Source of the DNA: a virus
Length of the DNA: 64,000 nucleotides
Strand: one strand, 5' to 3'
Virus record (IMG/VR): IMGVR_UViG_3300033512_000125
Span: 11,363-75,362 of that record
In this document: positions 9,251-14,750 of the stretch, in pieces
How the letters are laid out: each line of letters opens with the position of its first letter
How positions within the stretch are numbered: position 1 is the first letter of the stretch
Translations under genes and position numbers: made by a program
The notes under the pieces: generated by a model
What the model saw: the letters and a program-made list of their open reading frames with translations, nothing else
The model's database searches: none
What the model was told of the DNA's origin: nothing

Positions 9251-9268
9251 CGTTATTTGACATATTGG
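9251..9268 (+). promoter_or_regulatory. boxA-like antitermination element
   Basis: CGTTATTTGACATATTGG just downstream of the promoter at 9218. Confidence 0.45.
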
Positions 9269-9277
9269 ATATTATTT

Positions 9278-9361
9278 GGTGGGTATCTGGCTGGATCAAG
9301 AGCGACTCTTGAAAAGTCGTAGCAGGTAAAACTGTTGTGAGTTCGAGTCTCACACCCACTT
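9278..9361 (+). tRNA. tRNA-Ser(UGA)
   Basis: CGACT-CTTGAAA-AGTCG; long variable arm; GTTCGAGTC. Confidence 0.9.
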
Positions 9362-9423
9362 CAAAGTAAGAAGTAAGGTAAGCGCACCTTGTTAAGAGCA
9401 GAACCTCTTAACCTTACTTATTT

Positions 9424-9495
9424 TGCCTGTTCGTATATCGGTTATTACAGATGTTTTTGGCGCATCTAAGGGTGGTTCGATTCCACCACAGGTAA
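9424..9495 (+). tRNA. tRNA-Gln(UUG)
   Basis: U1-A72 acceptor TGCCTGT/ACAGGTA; GATGT-TTTTGGC-GCATC. Confidence 0.85.
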
Positions 9496-9550
9496 CAAAA
9501 ATAGGTTCAAGTCTCTCAGAGAGACATATATTTATATTAAATAATTAGAT

Positions 9551-10012
9551 ATGAAAATATGTGCTAAATGTAAAGAAGAAAAAAACTTATATGAATTTAC
9601 AAAAAATAAATCTCAACCAGATGGGATGCAAAGATATTGTAAAAAATGTAAAAAGGTAAGTGATAAAAAATGGATTGACGAAAACCCTTCTATATGGAAA
9701 GAAGGAAATAGGCTAAAAAATGAAAAGATAAAATTAATATTATCAGAAATTAGAATATCTTTAGGAAGTAAATGCATAAAATGTAGTGAAAGTAGAGAAC
9801 ATTTACTCGATTTTCATCATATTGATAAGAATGATAAAGAAGCTATTATATCATCTATATTATCATATAATGGTTTTGGAACTCAAGCATTAAAAAAAGC
9901 TTATGATGAAGCTAATAAATGTGTTTTATTATGTTCTAATTGCCATCGTGACTTTCATTTCATGGAAAGAACGAATAATATAGATTTGAATAAATATTTA
10001 ACGGGATACTAG
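9551..10012 (+). CDS. HNH homing endonuclease
   Basis: CxxC zinc motifs, LDFHH, CVLLCSNCHRDFH. Confidence 0.9.
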   Translation: MKICAKCKEEKNLYEFTKNKSQPDGMQRYCKKCKKVSDKKWIDENPSIWKEGNRLKNEKIKLILSEIRISLGSKCIKCSESREHLLDFHHIDKNDKEAIISSILSYNGFGTQALKKAYDEANKCVLLCSNCHRDFHFMERTNNIDLNKYLTGY

Positions 10013-10078
10013 GGCAGACGCAAGAACCCACATGTTTTGGGAACATGAGATTCGCCGGTTGGATTCCGGCTATCCCGA
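10002..10078 (+). tRNA. tRNA-Pro(UGG)
   Basis: CGGGATA/TATCCCG; CATGT-TTTGGGA-ACATG; T-loop TTGGATT; overlaps the HNH stop. Confidence 0.85.
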
Positions 10079-10136
10079 CGAGAGAGACTGTTGTTAATTC
10101 ATAGGGCGTATAGAGTCGCTGCGTAGAATTAAATTT

Positions 10137-10207
10137 GCCCTCGAGGCTTTAAAGTGAAGCACCTAGCTTTTAACTAGGGTAAGAAGGAGCATTACCTTCC
10201 GGGGGTA
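10137..10207 (+). tRNA. tRNA-Lys(UUU), atypical T-loop
   Basis: CCTAG-CTTTTAA-CTAGG; T arm GAAGG-AGCATTA-CCTTC. Confidence 0.8.
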
Positions 10208-10300
10208 CAATAAGGTAGAACTAGAGGTTCCTAAATAGTACTTAAAATACCCTAGTAAGTTTTTTAGTTGACTTTTTCTTTAAAAAAGAAGTTTTCATCT

Positions 10301-10375
10301 GCTTCCTTAACTCAGCCTGGTAAGAGTGCTTGTCTTACATACAAGAAGTCGTAGGTTCAAATCCTACAGGAAGTA
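10301..10375 (+). tRNA. tRNA-Val(UAC)
   Basis: CTTGT-CTTACAT-ACAAG. Confidence 0.92.
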
Positions 10376-10458
10376 CGAGGAAATAAATAAGGGTATTACT
10401 ACTCCCTTATCACCCATATTTGAGGTGATTGGTGTAAATATAACACAATTTCCTTTTT

Positions 10459-10532
10459 GCCCTATTAGCTCATTTGGTTAGAGCGCATGTCTTATACACA
10501 TGAGGTACTTGGTTCAATCCCAATATAGGGTA
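10459..10532 (+). tRNA. tRNA-Ile(UAU)
   Basis: CATGT-CTTATAC-ACATG; canonical cloverleaf. Confidence 0.88.
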
Positions 10533-10540
10533 CAAATAAT

Positions 10541-10622
10541 GGGTAGTAAAAGTCATTCGGATATGGCAACGAGTCTGTAAAACTCGTCCTTACTGGGAGT
10601 GGTTCGAGTCCACTATTACCCA
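10541..10622 (+). tRNA. tRNA-Tyr(GUA)
   Basis: CGAGT-CTGTAAA-ACTCG; variable arm. Confidence 0.88.
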
Positions 10623-10628
10623 CAATTT

Positions 10629-10703
10629 GGGAATATAGCGCAGTTGGTCAGTTCGCGCTAGACTGAAAATCTAGAGATATGGGTTCGATTCCCATTATTC
10701 CCA
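10629..10703 (+). tRNA. tRNA-Phe(GAA)
   Basis: CTAGA-CTGAAAA-TCTAG. Confidence 0.92.
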
Positions 10704-10777
10704 CAAAAATCCTGCTTAGAGGGTCAGAGAGGAGAAGTTAAAATTTAATTTAACTAGCCGCTTTAAGTAGGTGAAAT

Positions 10778-10849
10778 TGCCCTCTCGTATAAAGGTTATT
10801 ACGGTTGACTGTTAATCAATTTATCAGAGTTCGAGTCTCTGGGGGGCAG
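10778..10849 (+). tRNA. tRNA-Asn(GUU)
   Basis: GTTGA-CTGTTAA-TCAAT; G73. Confidence 0.9.
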
Positions 10850-10855
10850 CAATAC

Positions 10856-10928
10856 AGGCGTATCGTCTAATTGGTTAGGACGCATGGCTGATAACTATGT
10901 AATCCCAGTTCAAATCTGGGTATGCCTA
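10856..10928 (+). tRNA. tRNA-Ile(GAU)
   Basis: CATGG-CTGATAA-CTATG. Confidence 0.9.
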
Positions 10929-10934
10929 CAAAAT

Positions 10935-11019
10935 GGAGATTTACTCAAACGGTAAAGAGGCTTGTTTGCTAAACAAGTAGGGTGTAATAACTACATGGGT
11001 TCGAATCCCATAGTCTCCG
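10935..11019 (+). tRNA. tRNA-Ser(GCU)
   Basis: CTTGT-TTGCTAA-ACAAG; long variable arm; G73. Confidence 0.92.
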
Positions 11020-11147
11020 CAAAAACCTATTCACCGTCCTCATTACGTGTTTAAGGAACACAGGAGATGAAAGTACGAACGGGGCTCCGTGGTAAAACAC
11101 ATAAAAATTATATAGTACAACGGTAAGTTAAAGGGTTCTTATCAAAT

Positions 11148-11217
11148 ACCGAATGGTCTTGGTGACCGAGAACGGCTCATATCCGATCTTAGATTGGTTC
11201 AAAACCAATATTCGGTA
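11148..11217 (+). tRNA. tRNA(CAU), Met or Ile2, compact D arm
   Basis: ACCGAAT/ATTCGGT acceptor; CGG-CTCATAT-CCG; T arm ATTGG-TTCAAAA-CCAAT. Confidence 0.65.
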
Positions 11218-11289
11218 CAAATCAGGTGGGGAAAATATACCTTAAATGCTAACGGTTAAAATCCATTAGGAGGTCAGCCTGTTTTATAT

Positions 11290-11378
11290 GGTGTGTAAGT
11301 TGGATATTGGTTTGCCAAGCTTGTCTGTGAAACAAGAGTTTAATTTAAAACATGCGGGTTCGATCCCCGTTATACACC
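11290..11378 (+). tRNA. tRNA-His(GUG) with long variable arm
   Basis: Encoded G-1:C73; CTTGT-CTGTGAA-ACAAG; 17-nt variable region. Confidence 0.85.
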
Positions 11379-11484
11379 CAAAAAAATCGTTATATAAATG
11401 CAATCCCTTTGGTAATGCAGAGTAGAACTTTATAAAAGGAGAATGCGCAACTCCGGAGGTTAAGCGATAATTCCTCCATTTTAT

Positions 11485-11556
11485 GTGCTTATAGTTTAAT
11501 TGGAAAAACTTTGAGGTACGATCTCAAGATTATAGGTTCGAATCCTATTAGGCATT
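11485..11556 (+). tRNA. tRNA-Arg(ACG)
   Basis: TTGAG-GTACGAT-CTCAA. Confidence 0.85.
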
Positions 11557-11560
11557 CAAG

Positions 11561-11840
11561 TATTAATTGATGACGTTTATGGACGTTCTTTAGGACGAGA
11601 GTTCGATCCTCTCCAGCTCCACTAATAGTGAGAAAAAATATGGGGCTGTTTGGTTTTGACTATAGTTTAGTAGATAAATCGAGATTAATATTAAAAGTAA
11701 AGGACAACTTTGCAATAGCAGCTTAATAAGCTCATAGCGTTGATGTTGTGTTCGACTTGGTCGCGGTAAAAAGAAGATACAAGGTATAGTCGTTTTATTT
11801 CCCAAGCAATGAGAGTGTAGCGTGATCTACCCAAATTCGA
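11561..11840 (+). ncRNA. ssrA: circularly permuted (two-piece) tmRNA; outer ends approximate
   Basis: 3' acceptor piece GGACGAGAGTTCGATCCTCTCCAGCTCCA (11593-11621) precedes 5' piece GGGGCTG...TTTTGAC (11642); G3.U70; tag frame 11697-11726 VKDNFAIAA*. Confidence 0.88.
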
Positions 11841-11848
11841 ACTTTTAA

Positions 11849-11921
11849 GCCTCTATAGTATAAATGGAAATACAGCTTCCTTCTAAGAAGTATTATACCT
11901 GTTCGAATCGGGTTAGGGGTA
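11849..11921 (+). tRNA. tRNA-Arg(UCU)
   Basis: GCTTC-CTTCTAA-GAAGT. Confidence 0.88.
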
Positions 11922-11930
11922 CAAGTAAAT

Positions 11931-12002
11931 GCGTCTGTCGGCAACGGTAGTCACCAACTCTCCAAAAGTTGAAAAGTGTAGGTTCGAATCCTACCAGGCG
12001 TG
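11931..12002 (+). tRNA. tRNA-Trp(CCA)
   Basis: CAACT-CTCCAAA-AGTTG; G73. Confidence 0.9.
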
Positions 12003-12070
12003 CAAAAATTAATTATTATGAAAAAATTATTAGATGCCTTATAAGTTAATAACTTATAAAAAAGGCAAAA

Positions 12071-12217
12071 ATGAGCAGAACATTCAGAGAAGATCCAAGA
12101 AGACACATTAAAGTACCAGATGGTAAATTTTGGAGAAAATGTAAATGTAATTGGTGTATAAATATACCTTATAGAGATAGATATGGTTTAACCGTTAAAG
12201 AAAATCTATCATTATGA
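12071..12217 (+). CDS. small basic Cys-containing protein (48 aa)
   Basis: MSRTFREDPRRH...CKCNWC; ATGA overlap with the next ORF; below the ORF-track size cutoff. Confidence 0.5.
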   Translation: MSRTFREDPRRHIKVPDGKFWRKCKCNWCINIPYRDRYGLTVKENLSL

Positions 12218-12381
12218 GAATTAAAGATTATACACAAAAAGAGTATAAAAGAGAAGCAGCATTTTATAAATATCCCCCATATTGGGATGAAGGATTAAGA
12301 TTAAAAGGAAGATTACAATCTTTTGAACAAAGAATGTATAAAACTTGGAAACACAATAGAAAAACACAATATAAGTTATGA
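12214..12381 (+). CDS. small basic protein (55 aa)
   Basis: ...RMYKTWKHNRKTQYKL*; ATGA-coupled on both sides. Confidence 0.55.
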   Translation: MRIKDYTQKEYKREAAFYKYPPYWDEGLRLKGRLQSFEQRMYKTWKHNRKTQYKL

Positions 12382-12881
12382 CACAGAAAAAAACATTAGT
12401 AATAGATTCAAGTTATATGCCACGGAGTATTATAAATTCCGAACGTGCTTTTGTAATCTCATATAAAGGAAATGCTGAAATTATATATGAACATAATGAA
12501 AGTTTTGGTTTAGTAAATCCTAATTTGGATATAAAAAAACCATCAATTATTAAAGTTCATAAATATGTAAATCAAAAGTTTCACAAAGTTCCTTTTAGTA
12601 GAGAAAATGTGTTTAAAAGAGATAACTATGAATGTGTTTATTGTGGTTGTTCAAATAGAAAAACATTAACATTAGATCACGTTCATCCAACATCTAAAGG
12701 AGGACAAAATACTTTTGAAAATGTTGTTACTGCTTGTAGATCATGTAATGGTGAAAAAGCAGATTTAACATTACAAGAATGGGGAAAGGATATCCCAGAA
12801 CCAAAACGACCTCATTATCTTATGTTAATGAGAGGATTAGATGAAATACCTAAAGAATGGGAAAAGTTTCTCTTCTTATAA
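12378..12881 (+). CDS. HNH endonuclease (McrA/HNH_5-like)
   Basis: RDNYECVYCG, LTLDHVHP..KGG, NVVTACRSCNGEK. Confidence 0.92.
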   Translation: MTQKKTLVIDSSYMPRSIINSERAFVISYKGNAEIIYEHNESFGLVNPNLDIKKPSIIKVHKYVNQKFHKVPFSRENVFKRDNYECVYCGCSNRKTLTLDHVHPTSKGGQNTFENVVTACRSCNGEKADLTLQEWGKDIPEPKRPHYLMLMRGLDEIPKEWEKFLFL

Positions 12882-12932
12882 AAGGAATTGGATTTTATAT
12901 TTTAAAATCGTATATTTACAACATAGAAATTT

Positions 12933-13001
12933 AAATAATTAGCTTAAGAGTTTAAAGCGTGTCCTAAGACAAGATATGGATTCAATAAACCATATTATTT
13001 A
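12933..13001 (+). ncRNA. tRNA-like element with collapsed anticodon arm
   Basis: AAATAAT/ATTATTT acceptor, D arm GCTT..AAGC, TGTC-CTAA-GACA, T-like arm ATGG..TTCAATA..CCAT. Confidence 0.5.
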
Positions 13002-13144
13002 ATTTTTTTAAAAACAGAAACAATATGAAAAAATTATTAAAAAACTTGTTTTCTAAAATTTCTTTTCGTATGTTTAAAAAGAAAGAAGAGATTCTTAGAA
13101 AAATTGAAATGCCAAGAGAATTTTGGTATTAAATTAAAAAAAAT

Positions 13145-13218
13145 GGTACTGTACCCGAGCGATCTAAGGGAGTCCGTTGCAACCGGAATGTTCGTAAGTT
13201 TGAATCTTACCAGTACTT
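13145..13218 (+). tRNA. tRNA-Cys(GCA)
   Basis: TCCG-TTGCAAC-CGGA; U73. Confidence 0.88.
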
Positions 13219-13225
13219 CAATTAA

Positions 13226-13437
13226 GATTCGACCCTCAACTAATTATTTAGTCAGAGGATGCTACCGAAATTGAAAAGTGGTCTTACATAAGATAAAATA
13301 AGGAGAATGTTAATTCGAATCTAACCGAATCGCACGGTTTAGTAGCTTGAATTGGTAAAGCACCTTACAAGATAAGAAGAGAGAACCGTGAGTTGCGATC
13401 GAAAGATTATAAACGAGCAAACGTCATACTCTTCTTA
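13226..13437 (+). ncRNA. YrlA/Y-RNA-like RNA (rod capped by a permuted tRNA-like domain); ends approximate
   Basis: TAAGG(13299)-AGAAT-T arm(13309-25)-closed acceptor-like loop-TA-D arm(13345-61)-A-CCTTA(13363); flanks pair into a rod 13258-13400. Confidence 0.65.
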
Positions 13438-13440
13438 AAC

Positions 13441-13520
13441 GCCCCAATGGTGAAATTGGTAAACACAGCAGGCTTAAAACTTGCCGTTTCGGCTTGAAGG
13501 TTCGAGTCCTTCTTGGGGTA
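13441..13520 (+). tRNA. tRNA-Leu(UAA)
   Basis: GCAGG-CTTAAAA-CTTGC; variable arm. Confidence 0.92.
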
Positions 13521-13633
13521 CAAGATTATTTACAGGGTAGAAATGCCGCGCTTTGATAGAACTATAGATAACTATTGGAGAAATGGATAAAAATGCGGTA
13601 GGTAAATCCTCTACCCTGTAAATGATTTAATAA

Positions 13634-13708
13634 GCTCGTGTGGCGGAACTGGTAGACGCGCTTGATTTAGGATCAAGATTTTTGTGGGTTCGAATCCCAC
13701 CTAGAGTA
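13634..13708 (+). tRNA. tRNA-Leu(UAG), short variable region
   Basis: CTTGA-TTTAGGA-TCAAG; Leu-type D loop; two acceptor mismatches. Confidence 0.82.
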
Positions 13709-13778
13709 CAAAAAACTTATTTTATATCGAAGGAACTTATAAAGGAAGCCCTAGTGTAATATTTAATAAGTTTTAATT

Positions 13779-13854
13779 GCGGAATTCGCATAGTGGTCGA
13801 TTGCGCTACACTTCCAATGTAGAATCACCGTGGGTTCGAATCCCACATTCCTCT
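13779..13854 (+). tRNA. tRNA-Gly(UCC)
   Basis: CTACA-CTTCCAA-TGTAG; U73. Confidence 0.9.
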
Positions 13855-14029
13855 CAAAAAACTTCTATTATCCATGAGGCGTTAGCGACACCGAGAGTAG
13901 GGTAACAAGAAAGGCGTACTAGATAATGCTAATAAGGCTAGTTATGTGTTACTCGTTGGGATTAGAAGTTTTTTTAAAATAGATTTGGATTTTAAAAATT
14001 AAGTTCATATATTTATAATATAATAATTT

Positions 14030-14101
14030 GACGCATTAGTGAAGTGGTTAACACGAGATACTTTCTATATCTAGGCACGGGTTCGAATCCCGTATGCGTT
14101 A
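14030..14101 (+). tRNA. tRNA-Glu(UUC)
   Basis: AGATA-CTTTCTA-TATCT. Confidence 0.9.
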
Positions 14102-14109
14102 CAAATAAT

Positions 14110-14182
14110 GGGTCGTTAGCATAAATGGCAAATGCGCTTGGTTTGCAACCAGGAAGATAGAGTTCGAATCTCTACGTATCCA
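14110..14182 (+). tRNA. tRNA-Ala(UGC)
   Basis: CTTGG-TTTGCAA-CCAGG; G3.U70; irregular lower acceptor stem. Confidence 0.82.
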
Positions 14183-14251
14183 CAACCGTATTAAGAGGTT
14201 AAAGTTTAATCTACTTGACAGATTTGACAACTTGGAACAGACAAGTATTTT

Positions 14252-14327
14252 GGTCCTATAAGCATCGTAGGTTGATGAATTGCGTTGTCACCGCTCTAAA
14301 ATGAGGGTTCGAAACCCTCTAGGACCG
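14252..14327 (+). tRNA. tRNA-Asp(GUC)
   Basis: GGTCCTA/TAGGACC; loop TTGTCAC; G73. Confidence 0.85.
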
Positions 14328-14342
14328 CGGAATAAAATAAAT

Positions 14343-14418
14343 CGCGAGTGGGAGGCATAGAGTTTTCGCAAGTCTCATAAACTTGACATAAGACAGGGGC
14401 GGTACCTGTACTTCGCTA
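14343..14418 (+). tRNA. tRNA-Met(CAU), initiator-like with atypical T-loop
   Basis: CGCGAGT start with a 1:72 mismatch; CAAGT-CTCATAA-ACTTG; T arm ACAGG-GGCGGTA-CCTGT. Confidence 0.7.
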
Positions 14419-14642
14419 CTAATGACTAAGAGGTGCTCAGAGTGTTTGTAACTTCACCATTAAAGAGTTATGGTTGGTTCTCCTACGATTTTACAGAAGG
14501 GGACCGTAGGGCAAAAGGATGTTACCAACTCCTCCACGGAAGGTTGCTTTATAGTTTCATCTGGTAAGACAGTAATGGTTTAATTTTTAAGAAAAAAACA
14601 ACCGTTAAAATCTAGTTACAGTAATCTCATGTAATGAAAATT

Positions 14643-14716
14643 GGCCTTATAGCTCAGTTGGTTAGAGCAGATGACTCATAATCATCAGGTCACAGGTTCG
14701 AGTCCTGTTGGGGCCA
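14643..14716 (+). tRNA. tRNA(CAU), Ile2-like
   Basis: GGCCTTATAGCTCAGTTGGTTAGAGCA...CTCATAA; body resembles bacterial tRNA-Ile2. Confidence 0.85.
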
Positions 14717-14750
14717 CAATTAATATTCAAAAACTAATTAAATTAAGATC

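Noticed and set aside
11025-11110. Possible hammerhead ribozyme (GATGA...GAA)
   Set aside because: Lacks the CUGAnGA core and the required three stems
11590-11805. 71-aa minus-strand ORF
   Set aside because: Lies antisense over the tmRNA; no coding features
12960-12971. Amber suppressor anticodon (CTA) in the tRNA-like element
   Set aside because: The loop is only 4 nt; no 7-nt loop with a 5-bp stem can be drawn
13226-13334. Selenocysteine or Ser tRNA reading (GATTCG/CGAATC stem, T arm, G then CA)
   Set aside because: No UCA anticodon or proper anticodon/D arms inside; the permuted Y-like fold explains the T arm better
14343-14418. Canonical initiator tRNA-fMet
   Set aside because: Has the 1:72 mismatch but lacks the three consecutive G-C pairs in the anticodon stem; left as initiator-like
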